From a virus (taxonomy: Duplodnaviria; Caudoviricetes): DNA of 64,000 nucleotides. The position numbers and the translations under genes are program-made. Below are positions 51,985 to 61,168 of this stretch, in pieces. The stretch is taken from IMG/VR virus record IMGVR_UViG_3300044675_005052; one strand, written 5' to 3'. Below the pieces are notes generated by a model. That model did not search any database and was not told the DNA's origin. It worked only from the letters and a program-made list of their open reading frames with translations. Each line of letters begins with the position of its first letter. Position 1 is the stretch's first letter.

Positions 51985-52585
51985 TCAATTAAAGTCAGTT
52001 CAAGAATATTGTAAGTTAAACAATATTGAGGATGTAGATAATTTCATATCAAAATGTTTTACCGAAGGGTATAACATTAACAAATATGGGTTACTAGGTG
52101 GTGATTCAGAAAAAGTAATGGAGATTGAAGTAATAAAAGAAATACGGGTGGAAGTACCGGTTGAAGTTATTAAAGAAGTTGAGGTGGTTAAAGAAGTTAT
52201 TAAAGAAATAGTCAAGGAAGTTCCCGTTGAAACTATTAAAGAAGTTGAGGTTATCAAATATGTTGATAGAGAAGTTATTAAAGAAGTAAGAGTGGAAGTT
52301 CCTGTCCCAATTATAGATGAAATTGGGGGCAAACCTGAACCAATAATTGTGGAGAAAATAGTTGAGGTTGAGAAGATAGTTGAAGTAGAAAAGATTGTTG
52401 AGATTGAAAAACCAAACGATAAAGTATTACTTCTTCAAGAAACTTTACAGACACTTAAAAAAGAACTATCTTTGAAAAACACAAAGATTGAAGAACTTGA
52501 AAATAAAAATAAACAATTAGAATCTATTGCGGTTAATCAAAAAGCTGTATATTTGAAAGGTTCTAACTTAAATGAAACAATGTAA
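51962..52585 (+). CDS. Protein with V/E/K-rich (VEVIKEV) repeats and coiled coil
   Basis: EVIKEIRVEVPVEVIKEVEVVKEV... Confidence 0.75.
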   Translation: MEVKLTTSQLKSVQEYCKLNNIEDVDNFISKCFTEGYNINKYGLLGGDSEKVMEIEVIKEIRVEVPVEVIKEVEVVKEVIKEIVKEVPVETIKEVEVIKYVDREVIKEVRVEVPVPIIDEIGGKPEPIIVEKIVEVEKIVEVEKIVEIEKPNDKVLLLQETLQTLKKELSLKNTKIEELENKNKQLESIAVNQKAVYLKGSNLNETM

Positions 52586-52586
52586 T

Positions 52587-52931
52587 ATGGTATTATTAAT
52601 TTGGTTACTAGCGGCATACGGAATGTCAAACATATTGGTCTATGGGTCAATATTTCAGGGATTAAGAAATTTTATAAAAGCGTGGGGTGAATCAGTATTA
52701 CCTTTCAATGGGTTGGCTAAATTCATTGGGGATTTACTATCTTGTATGATGTGTACATCAACTTGGGTTGGTTTTTTCTTTGGAATTGCTTATTATTCCC
52801 CATCAACATCTTTGATTGGAACACCGACTTGGATTGGATGGTTCTTTGATGGGTTGATAGCGTCAGGGTTTGTATGGTCATTCAACTCGATGGTAGAATG
52901 GTTTGAAGAAAATAGACCAACAAAAAATTAA
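52587..52931 (+). CDS. DUF1360-like membrane protein (likely start 52587)
   Basis: Three hydrophobic helices with LLSCMMCTSTW (CxxC-x-S-x-W). Confidence 0.6.
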   Translation: MVLLIWLLAAYGMSNILVYGSIFQGLRNFIKAWGESVLPFNGLAKFIGDLLSCMMCTSTWVGFFFGIAYYSPSTSLIGTPTWIGWFFDGLIASGFVWSFNSMVEWFEENRPTKN

Positions 52932-52934
52932 GTT

Positions 52935-53462
52935 ATGGAAACTAAATTAGGTGATTTTGTAATTAAGTTTTTACAAGATAAAACAGAAACAAGAAAGATT
53001 ATCAAGTGTGATGACTTTTTTCAGTTAATAAATGATATGGGTATTACTGATGATAGTGATGAAATTATAAGTATTATTAATTATTTAGAAGAAAACAATA
53101 CAGATATTAACTTTCACGAAGCAAAAACTCAAAATTTTTACAATAGATTTAGAAATATTGAAAAAAAAGTTCAGATGTCTAAAATGTTAATAGGTTCTAA
53201 AACTGAAGTTCAAAAAATGATTGAGAAGGTTGAGAGTGTTAAAGTTCAAGAAAGACCGGATTGGTTAGATTATTATAAAAATGAGGACGATGAAGATGAA
53301 ACAAATGTTAATGGTATGCCAACATCAGATAGAGATAAAAATTTAGGTCAAGACATTATTGATAGACTGACTAGTGAGGTTAAGGAACGAATTGATAATG
53401 AACCGGGAATAACGTTAGAAGAAATACGAGAACAAATGAATAACGAAATAAATAACAATTAA
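52935..53462 (+). CDS. Hypothetical protein, 175 aa
   Basis: ORF packing. Confidence 0.75.
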   Translation: METKLGDFVIKFLQDKTETRKIIKCDDFFQLINDMGITDDSDEIISIINYLEENNTDINFHEAKTQNFYNRFRNIEKKVQMSKMLIGSKTEVQKMIEKVESVKVQERPDWLDYYKNEDDEDETNVNGMPTSDRDKNLGQDIIDRLTSEVKERIDNEPGITLEEIREQMNNEINNN

Positions 53463-53474
53463 ATAAATACAATT

Positions 53475-53747
53475 ATGCCAAAGTCAAAATTACGTGGTGG
53501 TGCAAAGGCACACAAATTAAGAGTTGCAACAAGAAACAATGCGCTTAGAGGATTAAGAAAAAGAGCTCAAGCCGAGTATCAAGAAATGTTTGAAAAACAA
53601 ATGGAAGAAATGAAAGCTCAATACCAAAATGAAAATGGTGAAATGGTGGATTTAAATACTGAAGTTGTTAGTGGTGATGTAATTGTTGGTGAAACAACTG
53701 ACATTAACGTAACAGATGCTGAAGTTGTAACACCTGAAACTGTTTAG
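53475..53747 (+). CDS. Hypothetical protein, 90 aa (basic N-terminus, acidic C-terminus)
   Basis: ORF with A-rich leader. Confidence 0.75.
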   Translation: MPKSKLRGGAKAHKLRVATRNNALRGLRKRAQAEYQEMFEKQMEEMKAQYQNENGEMVDLNTEVVSGDVIVGETTDINVTDAEVVTPETV

Positions 53748-53774
53748 ACATTCGTTAGACATTTTTTAGACATT
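53744..53774 (+). repeat. Three direct TTAGACATT repeats with 11-bp period
   Basis: Copies at 53744, 53755 and 53766, just upstream of sbcC. Confidence 0.9.
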
Positions 53775-53780
53775 CAACCA

Positions 53781-56150
53781 ATGGATTTATTCAATCCCCC
53801 CATAGAATTTAATTACACAATAATGATAAAAGATTTAGATATCACAAGTTTTGATAATCCTTACCTACAGATTGTATGGGAGGACTATGCTGAAAACTTT
53901 ACACAAGAAAAAATAAAAAGTGTTCGTCATTACTTTCAAAAGAAGTACAACACAACCAATGTTAATGTTATTACAAAGACAAAGGTTGCTGACGACACCA
54001 CACATACCGTAGACATATCCTTTAACATCTTGGATGAGAACTATCAATTAGAATTAGTTCGTTCATTCTTGGAGTCAAAAGGGAATATGGAACACTACGA
54101 TGATATCTACCAACTTAATAGTATTGTGGATAATAAATTGTTACAAACTCAAACTGATGCGGCTCCATTTAAGAGATGGTATATTAAGAACATTGAGTTC
54201 TCAAACTTTTTATCCTATGGTGAGAATCAGAAGATAGATTTTGAGAAGTGTGATGGGATTACGGTTGTGGAATCAAACCCGCCTAACTTTGGGGGTAAGA
54301 CAGTTTTGACTGTGGATTTATTGATGTTCTTATTCTTTAATGAGACAACCAAGACATCCAAAGCGGAGGAAATATTTAACAGGTTTACAGAAAGAAACAA
54401 AGTTGCCGTAAAAGGTGAGATAACAATCGATGGTGAGGAGTACATCATATTGAGAAATATTGAGAGAAAGTTATCAAAGAAAAATGAATGGAACGTTAAA
54501 ACCGAGTTGGACTTTTATAAAAGATTGTCTGATGGTAGTTTACAAAACTTCACCGGAGAACAACGAAGAGAGACCGAGGCGTTTATCAAAACGTCTATCG
54601 GAACCAAAGAGGACTTCTTAATGACCATTCTAACAACTGCCACCAACTTGGAGGAACTAATTGATGCCAAACCTACGGCGAGGGGTCAAGTTCTTTCAAG
54701 GTTTATGGGGTTAGATTTTCTTAAACGTAAGGAAGAAGCCGCCAAAGAAATTTATAGTGACTTCTCAAAAGGGATGTTATCGAACATCTATAACTCGGAA
54801 CAACTTAAAACTGACAACCAAACTAATCAAGAAACCATTGATACCCTAACGGAAACTAATCTTACGTTAGATACTCAATTGGAAGACGTTAAAGGTAGAA
54901 TTGTTAAGGGTCAGGAGTATCGTGATGGATTATTAAAATCCAAACACAACATTGATAAGGAACTAACACTAGTGTCTCCGGACAAAGTTCAAGAGGAGAT
55001 TAATGGATTGGATTTACAAAAGGGTAAAGCCATTTCCGATAGAGATGGGGTTAAGGTTATTGAACCATCTGAATTTTACCACGAGGACAAACACGATGAG
55101 GTAAAACAAGAGATTAAGGACTTGATTACCAAACAAGCGGAGAACAATGCAAAGATTAAAAGCATCGAAGAACTTAAGAGTTCTGTTGATGGTGGAATCA
55201 AATGTGAACATTGTGGTATTGAACTGATGAACGCGGCTATAACCAACGCAAAAATTGGTGAACTTGCCGGATTTATCACTCATAAAGACGAATTAGAGGG
55301 GTTAATGAGTGAATTAACCAACAAAGAAGAAGGTTTTGTTAATCTTAAAAAAGAGTTTGATGAGTATGAAAAAAACAAACTTATCAAAGAGAAATATGAA
55401 TTAAGTGTTGAACGTTTCCAATTGATGATTGATTCATTGAAAACCAAATTGGAAAGATATTCTGAAGTTCAGGATAAGATTGTGGAAAACAATAAGACTG
55501 ACGGGTTATTAATTAAAGCGGGAATCAGAATTGATGAACTTGAGGGTGAGAAGAAAACTATTGAAACTAGTATCTCAAACAATAAGTTCACCATTAAAAC
55601 TCTAACCGATAAAATTAGTTCTAATTTGGAAACAATTAGAAAAATAGCGGAAGAGGCTGAAAGAGAAAGAATATACAAAATCTATTTGGAGATATTCGGT
55701 AAGAATGGGGTGACTAAACTTATAATGAAAACAATGATGCCACTTATTAATAGTGAACTTCAACGATTGTTAGAAGATAGTTGTCACTTCAGATTAGAGG
55801 TTAAAATTAATGACAAGAATGAGGTTGACTTCCTTATGATTGATAACAATACCCAAGTTGAGAAACCAATGTCTTCCGGTTCAGGATATGAAAGAACAAT
55901 TGCATCACTAGCGTTAAGAGCGGTATTAAGTAAGATATGTTCATTACCAAGAGCAAATGTTGTTGTCTTTGATGAGGTTTTTGGAAAGATATCAAACGAT
56001 AATTTGGAGATGGTATCAGAGTTCTTCACCAAGATTAAAGAATACTTTGAGAAGATATTTGTAATTACACATAATCCACTAGTGACGAATTGGTCGGATA
56101 ATGTAGTAAGAATTAGAAAAGAAGAGAATATAAGTTATGTTTCTCAATAA
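53781..56150 (+). CDS. sbcC: SbcC/Rad50/gp46-like ATPase with N-terminal extension
   Basis: IKNIEFSNFLSYG, variant Walker A NFGGKT, Zn hook CEHC, signature SGSGYE, Walker B VVFDE, ITHN. Confidence 0.9.
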   Translation: MDLFNPPIEFNYTIMIKDLDITSFDNPYLQIVWEDYAENFTQEKIKSVRHYFQKKYNTTNVNVITKTKVADDTTHTVDISFNILDENYQLELVRSFLESKGNMEHYDDIYQLNSIVDNKLLQTQTDAAPFKRWYIKNIEFSNFLSYGENQKIDFEKCDGITVVESNPPNFGGKTVLTVDLLMFLFFNETTKTSKAEEIFNRFTERNKVAVKGEITIDGEEYIILRNIERKLSKKNEWNVKTELDFYKRLSDGSLQNFTGEQRRETEAFIKTSIGTKEDFLMTILTTATNLEELIDAKPTARGQVLSRFMGLDFLKRKEEAAKEIYSDFSKGMLSNIYNSEQLKTDNQTNQETIDTLTETNLTLDTQLEDVKGRIVKGQEYRDGLLKSKHNIDKELTLVSPDKVQEEINGLDLQKGKAISDRDGVKVIEPSEFYHEDKHDEVKQEIKDLITKQAENNAKIKSIEELKSSVDGGIKCEHCGIELMNAAITNAKIGELAGFITHKDELEGLMSELTNKEEGFVNLKKEFDEYEKNKLIKEKYELSVERFQLMIDSLKTKLERYSEVQDKIVENNKTDGLLIKAGIRIDELEGEKKTIETSISNNKFTIKTLTDKISSNLETIRKIAEEAERERIYKIYLEIFGKNGVTKLIMKTMMPLINSELQRLLEDSCHFRLEVKINDKNEVDFLMIDNNTQVEKPMSSGSGYERTIASLALRAVLSKICSLPRANVVVFDEVFGKISNDNLEMVSEFFTKIKEYFEKIFVITHNPLVTNWSDNVVRIRKEENISYVSQ

Positions 56151-56187
56151 AAATAATACCTATCAACAGTTGATAGGTATTATTTTT
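56149..56187. terminator. Perfect 19-bp inverted repeat (terminator or operator)
   Basis: AAAAATAATACCTATCAAC-A-GTTGATAGGTATTATTTTT. Confidence 0.75.
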
Positions 56188-56215
56188 TTGTCTATTTTTT
56201 TAAAAAAATAATAAT

Positions 56216-56806
56216 ATGAATTATAAAGAAGTTGAAAATATTTTAAATCAATATAATGATTGGGATATTTTGATAGTTAGTGATGATGGTAGGAGGAATT
56301 CTCAAGATAGTGAAGAAGAGATTTGTAAAAAAATTAATGAAAGATTAAAACTTACTAAAATAAAAACACGCAATAGGGAAGAAAATGATTTATATATTTC
56401 AAATGGTGAAGATTTAAAATGTGTAGAGCCGGGTAATTTCACGAATACAATTTGTTTTACTAAATTAGCTAAGATGTTAAATTTAGACGGTACAACTAAT
56501 AAATTGATATCTAAATCGTATAAGGATAAAAAAAATAAAAATGAGATTAAATTAGTTAGTGATTATCAAATTGTTTTTTTTAATAAACAAACAAAAAAAT
56601 TTTTAATTTGTTCTTTAACTCAATTACCTTTAGATTGTATAATAGTTAATCCGTCTAATGGAATACAAACTAAAATACCAACAATTTCATTAATTGAAAG
56701 AACTAACGAAGAAAAATTTAATTTAGTTCATAATCTATTTATTGAATATATAAATAAACGAATTTTAAATCCTGCTAAAGAGTGGGAAAATTTAATTAAT
56801 GGTTAA
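56216..56806 (+). CDS. Putative type II restriction endonuclease (PD-(D/E)XK)
   Basis: DDGRRNS..E, D-LYI...EDLK, NPSNGIQ; overlaps the methyltransferase start. Confidence 0.5.
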   Translation: MNYKEVENILNQYNDWDILIVSDDGRRNSQDSEEEICKKINERLKLTKIKTRNREENDLYISNGEDLKCVEPGNFTNTICFTKLAKMLNLDGTTNKLISKSYKDKKNKNEIKLVSDYQIVFFNKQTKKFLICSLTQLPLDCIIVNPSNGIQTKIPTISLIERTNEEKFNLVHNLFIEYINKRILNPAKEWENLING

Positions 56807-58067
56807 TAATTTAAAAAAAAGTAGGGGACAATTTTTCACAACAAAAAATAGAGTTTTAAATGTGTTAATTAGTTTAATAAAAAATGATGGTAGTGTATTG
56901 GAACCATCTGCGGGTGAGGGTCATATTGTTTTAGAGATTGAAAAAAAATTAAATAGAAATGTCTTATCAGTGGAGTTAGATGTTGATAAGGTTAATTCTA
57001 AAGTATGTAAATCTGAAATAAGTGTTGATAATTTTTTTAATTTTATAAAAACTTGTGGAACATTTGATTCAATCGTTGGTAACCCACCTTTTGTTAAACT
57101 AAAAAATGTTGAACAAGACACTATTGATTTGTTACCGGAAAAAATTCCTGGTAATGGAAATTTATATTATTTTTTTATTAAGTATTGTGTTAATTTATTA
57201 TCTGATGGAGGGGAGTTAATATTTATTGTTCCGAAAGAATGGTTATATAATGTGAGTTCTAAATTTGTGAGAGAATTTTTAAAAGACAATGGTAATTTTT
57301 CACATTTCATTGATTGCGGTGAAGAAAAATTATTTGATGATGCTGATGTACCTGCCTTATGTATTTTTAGGTATGTTAAAAATTATAGTGGTGATTTTAA
57401 ATATTATGAAACATTGGATGATTATAGTTTAGATAAATTTGTAAATAAAAAAGTAGTATATAATAATACTATTTCTTTTTGTAATGAAATCCGAACAGGA
57501 AATACAATTTCTGATTTTTTTGATGTTAAAGTTGGTTTAGTTACCGGAGCGGAAAAAATATTTAAACTAAATAATAATATTGATTTACCGGATAATTCAA
57601 TAATTCAAATCATTGGTACAAATAAGGAAGTTTCTAATTATCTTTTTGTGGATAATTATGATGTTTTTGGTGAATTATCTGAAGAAGTAAAAAATTATCT
57701 TACACCTCATAAAGAAAAATTAATTAAAAGAAAAATTAGTAATTTTACTGAAAAAAATTGGTGGAAATATGGTGCTCTCCGTAATTTTAATTTAATGAAA
57801 TCGAATAAAAAAAGAATTTATGGTATTATGAAAACTAGAGATACTCATATTTTTTGGGTAGGAAATGTTAATGAATTTTTTGGTGGTGGTATTATAGGTT
57901 TATTTTTAAAAGATAATATTGATATAAATTTAGATAACGCGGTGAATTTTTTAAACTCAAATGAGTTTAGAAATATTATGAAAGAAAATAATATGTGTTC
58001 AAATAATAAAGTTTCAATTACTCCTTCAGTTTTATCTAGTTTACCATTTACAAATTTAGATAATTAA
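56799..58067 (+). CDS. N6-adenine DNA methyltransferase (gamma class, TaqI/Eco57I-like)
   Basis: VLEPSAGEG motif I, GNPPF motif IV, NLYYFF, GGELIFIVP. Confidence 0.9.
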   Translation: MVNNLKKSRGQFFTTKNRVLNVLISLIKNDGSVLEPSAGEGHIVLEIEKKLNRNVLSVELDVDKVNSKVCKSEISVDNFFNFIKTCGTFDSIVGNPPFVKLKNVEQDTIDLLPEKIPGNGNLYYFFIKYCVNLLSDGGELIFIVPKEWLYNVSSKFVREFLKDNGNFSHFIDCGEEKLFDDADVPALCIFRYVKNYSGDFKYYETLDDYSLDKFVNKKVVYNNTISFCNEIRTGNTISDFFDVKVGLVTGAEKIFKLNNNIDLPDNSIIQIIGTNKEVSNYLFVDNYDVFGELSEEVKNYLTPHKEKLIKRKISNFTEKNWWKYGALRNFNLMKSNKKRIYGIMKTRDTHIFWVGNVNEFFGGGIIGLFLKDNIDINLDNAVNFLNSNEFRNIMKENNMCSNNKVSITPSVLSSLPFTNLDN

Positions 58068-58069
58068 AA

Positions 58070-58597
58070 ATGAAACAATTAAACTATAAAAGAAAGGGGG
58101 AGGTTCATTCTCCTCTCCTTTATTGGACTACTGACGATAGAACCTCCATAGCTATCTATCAGGGTGTAAGGGGTGAGAATCCGGAACTTGACTTTATTGT
58201 GAAATATAAGGAAGAGGGTAAAAGATTGAGAACTCCATCACATACACATTGGATTGTTGATTTATTGGTTAAGGCTGAACACAATAAAGAATTATTATTA
58301 TCTTATGTTAATAATTTGATTTTGATTTATGAAAACTCTGAACCATTTAATTGTGTTGAAGAAAGAGATACTTATGAATTAAGACATAATTATGTTATGG
58401 ATTTAAGGTATAATGAGTTAAATGGTTGTGGGTACTACAGTATTTCTACTTTGACGGCATTTATTGAGTTATTTTCAATTTGTGAAAAACAAACAACCGG
58501 GGCGTTTATGTTCAAAGGGTTACTTGAAATGGTTAAAGAATATTGTGAAGGGAAAAAAGATTTTTACCAAATAGTTGGTTATTCCAAAAGAGTTTAG
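58070..58597 (+). CDS. Hypothetical protein, 175 aa
   Basis: Follows the MTase with a 2-nt gap. Confidence 0.75.
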   Translation: MKQLNYKRKGEVHSPLLYWTTDDRTSIAIYQGVRGENPELDFIVKYKEEGKRLRTPSHTHWIVDLLVKAEHNKELLLSYVNNLILIYENSEPFNCVEERDTYELRHNYVMDLRYNELNGCGYYSISTLTAFIELFSICEKQTTGAFMFKGLLEMVKEYCEGKKDFYQIVGYSKRV

Positions 58598-58605
58598 TAC
58601 TTTTG
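58575..58605 (+). promoter_or_regulatory. Bacteroidota-type promoter upstream of the sigma-factor operon
   Basis: TTG (58575-77), 20 nt, TACTTTTG (58598-605). Confidence 0.65.
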
Positions 58606-58635
58606 TAACATAATTTAAATTTAAACGTATAACGT

Positions 58636-59211
58636 ATGGATGGTTTAACCAAATACATTTTATTTGTCTTTGCAAAAAATGACAACCCAAAAGAATTTAC
58701 AGAACAAATCGCGGAAGAATTATGTGTTATTTCCGACACACCCAATCTTAACTTTTATTTCGGACCGGAGTCATCTGTGTTCACAATCTCAACATTAGAT
58801 TCCTATGAGGATGTAAAAGATTATGTTGATATGGTTTTAGGTGTTGGCGATATTATGTATGTTTTATTACCTTACACATCTGACAAATTGTCATATGGAT
58901 TACCTGAAAAAATATCTAAACATCTTTTTAATGATGGTATTAGTGACTTTATGTCAGGAAAATCTAACAATTCAGAACCAAATGAATTTGAGGTGCGAAA
59001 AATGATACAAGACAAAATCCGAGATACTTTTAATTTAAACATTGAAAATTTTGATTTTGAATATGATGAAGATGAATGGTCTGACATTGATGAAATTAAA
59101 AACAAACAACGTAGTCCATCTTTAGATGAATTATTAGAAAAGATTAAAGAAAAAGGATTAAATTCACTAACTGAAAAAGAATTAATATATTTAAACAAAT
59201 ACTCAAATTAA
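58636..59211 (+). CDS. Hypothetical acidic protein, 191 aa
   Basis: ORF; C-terminal SLDELLEKIKEKGLNSLTEKE helix pair. Confidence 0.75.
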   Translation: MDGLTKYILFVFAKNDNPKEFTEQIAEELCVISDTPNLNFYFGPESSVFTISTLDSYEDVKDYVDMVLGVGDIMYVLLPYTSDKLSYGLPEKISKHLFNDGISDFMSGKSNNSEPNEFEVRKMIQDKIRDTFNLNIENFDFEYDEDEWSDIDEIKNKQRSPSLDELLEKIKEKGLNSLTEKELIYLNKYSN

Positions 59212-59212
59212 T

Positions 59213-60013
59213 ATGAAAGAAAAAAATTCCGGTATTCCAATTAATCAAGAAGAGATTCAATTATATCTAAAAGATATTCGTAAGATTAAAGTGATGACCC
59301 CTGAAAGAGAACGTGAGTTATCTAAATTGATTACCTCGGGTACTCTAACAGAGAATGAGATTAAGGCGATTAATAAAGAATTATTAGAAGGTAATTTACG
59401 TTTTGTTATTACGGTGGCAAAACAATATCAAAATCAAGGATTGGATTTCCCTGATTTAATTGCCGAAGGTAATTTAGGTTTAATGAAAGCCATCAACAAT
59501 TTTGATTGGTCCAAGAATTTACGTTTTATTTCCTATGCGGTGTGGTGGGTTAAACAATCAATCCTCCAATCGTTGAATGACAACGCCCGTACAATCCGAC
59601 TACCAGTTAATGTGGTACAGGATTTACATAGAGCTAAAAAAGAAATTGAATCTAATGGTGGTAAGTTAGATGATAAGTTCCAAAATCTACCTTCAATGAT
59701 TGATTTAGATATGAATATCAATGAAGATGGTGATACTCTTGTTGATATTATTAAAAATGAAGGTGCTGATATGCCTGATGAAGCATTTAATGGTAAAGAT
59801 TTATTAAAAGCAAAATTAATCTCTTTATTAAATGTTTTAGATGAACGTGAAAAAGTTATTGTTGAGGACTATTTCGGGTTAACCGGAACACAGAGAACCC
59901 TCGAAGATATTGGTGGTGATTTTAATCTGACTAAAGAACGGGTTAGACAAATAAAGGAAAAGGCCTTAAGAAAATTAAGGAATGACTGCTCGGTATTGTT
60001 TGATTATATGTAA
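59213..60013 (+). CDS. RpoD-family sigma-70 factor lacking region 1.1
   Basis: IQLYLKDI (1.2), NLRFVITVAKQYQNQG..DLIAEGNLGL, FISYAVWW, RTIRLP (2), RTLEDIG..TKERVRQI (4.2). Confidence 0.92.
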   Translation: MKEKNSGIPINQEEIQLYLKDIRKIKVMTPERERELSKLITSGTLTENEIKAINKELLEGNLRFVITVAKQYQNQGLDFPDLIAEGNLGLMKAINNFDWSKNLRFISYAVWWVKQSILQSLNDNARTIRLPVNVVQDLHRAKKEIESNGGKLDDKFQNLPSMIDLDMNINEDGDTLVDIIKNEGADMPDEAFNGKDLLKAKLISLLNVLDEREKVIVEDYFGLTGTQRTLEDIGGDFNLTKERVRQIKEKALRKLRNDCSVLFDYM

Positions 60014-60022
60014 AAATGTTAG

Positions 60023-60054
60023 AACCTTCTATTTATTATAATAGAAGGTTTTTT
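60023..60054 (+). terminator. Terminator hairpin after the sigma gene with embedded TATTTATT
   Basis: AACCTTCTATT-TATTAT-AATAGAAGGTT plus TTTT. Confidence 0.8.
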
Positions 60055-60083
60055 ACTTTTATGATAAAACTAATACAAAAATT

Positions 60084-60356
60084 ATGAAAGCAATATTAAA
60101 TTTTATTGATGTATGGGGAAACAGAATTATGTTTTTCTTAATTATTATCGTGTTCTTTAAAACTTGTACCACTAATGGTAGAGTAGATAAAGTGACAAAA
60201 AAAGTTGATACTTTAGAAGTTAAAATAACTAAAGAAATCAAAATTGAAGGATTAAAATCTGAAAAAAGAATGATTCAAGCGACGGATAGAAAAATTATGG
60301 ATGTTAACAGACAATCAGAGATTGATAAAGAGATAACTAAAATCACAAATGATTAA
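60084..60356 (+). CDS. Small membrane-anchored coiled-coil protein
   Basis: N-terminal hydrophobic helix. Confidence 0.7.
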   Translation: MKAILNFIDVWGNRIMFFLIIIVFFKTCTTNGRVDKVTKKVDTLEVKITKEIKIEGLKSEKRMIQATDRKIMDVNRQSEIDKEITKITND

Positions 60357-61137
60357 GTCAATAATAAGTTGGGTTAAAGAACATCCGGTAAGAGCAATGT
60401 TCTTAATCCCGATACTTTTAGTTGCGGGTATCTCAATATCTCACGTTGTGTCTTGGTATGATTTAACAAATCCAATTAGTTGGGCTATATACTTATCAAT
60501 AGCTATTGAAGTTGGTGCTATGACCGCATTGGTTGCTGCAACAAACAGAATTAAAGGTGGTGTATGGTTTATGTTCGGATTAGTAACCTTTATACAAATG
60601 ATTGGTAATATCTTCTTTTCATTTAAAGAAATTGATGTTAACGGGGATTTATTTAAATCTTGGGTTGAACTAACTTCACCTGTTTGGGAAATGTTAGGTT
60701 CTGATATCAATGACGTTGTATCTCAAAAAAGATGGTTAGCGTTTTTAGGTGGAGGGTTACTTCCAATCATTTCATTGACATCATTACACTTTTTTGTAAA
60801 ATATGACGAATTAACCAAAGAAAGTGACGACGAAATTAAAACCATTGAGGTTGAAGTCATTAAGGAAGTTGAAAAAATTGTTGAAGTCCCGGTAGAAGTT
60901 ATAAAGGAAGTTGAAAAAATAGTTGAGGTAATCAAAGAAATTGAAGTTCCGGTAGAAGTAATTAAGGAAGTTGAAAAAATAGTTGAGGTTGAGAAGATTG
61001 TTGAAGTACCCGTTGAGGTTGTTAAAGAAATTATAGTAACCAATCAACAACCAATGAATGTTAATTACGCGGATTCGACAACTACAACAACAACTAATGA
61101 TGGTCTTGTTAGATTAAGTTATGTAAAAAATACCTAA
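60349..61137 (+). CDS. Multi-pass membrane protein with VEVIKEVEKIVEVP repeats
   Basis: About four TM helices followed by V/E/K repeats. Confidence 0.75.
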   Translation: MIKSIISWVKEHPVRAMFLIPILLVAGISISHVVSWYDLTNPISWAIYLSIAIEVGAMTALVAATNRIKGGVWFMFGLVTFIQMIGNIFFSFKEIDVNGDLFKSWVELTSPVWEMLGSDINDVVSQKRWLAFLGGGLLPIISLTSLHFFVKYDELTKESDDEIKTIEVEVIKEVEKIVEVPVEVIKEVEKIVEVIKEIEVPVEVIKEVEKIVEVEKIVEVPVEVVKEIIVTNQQPMNVNYADSTTTTTTNDGLVRLSYVKNT

Positions 61138-61168
61138 CATAATTAAATAAACTTGAAAGTTATGGGTT

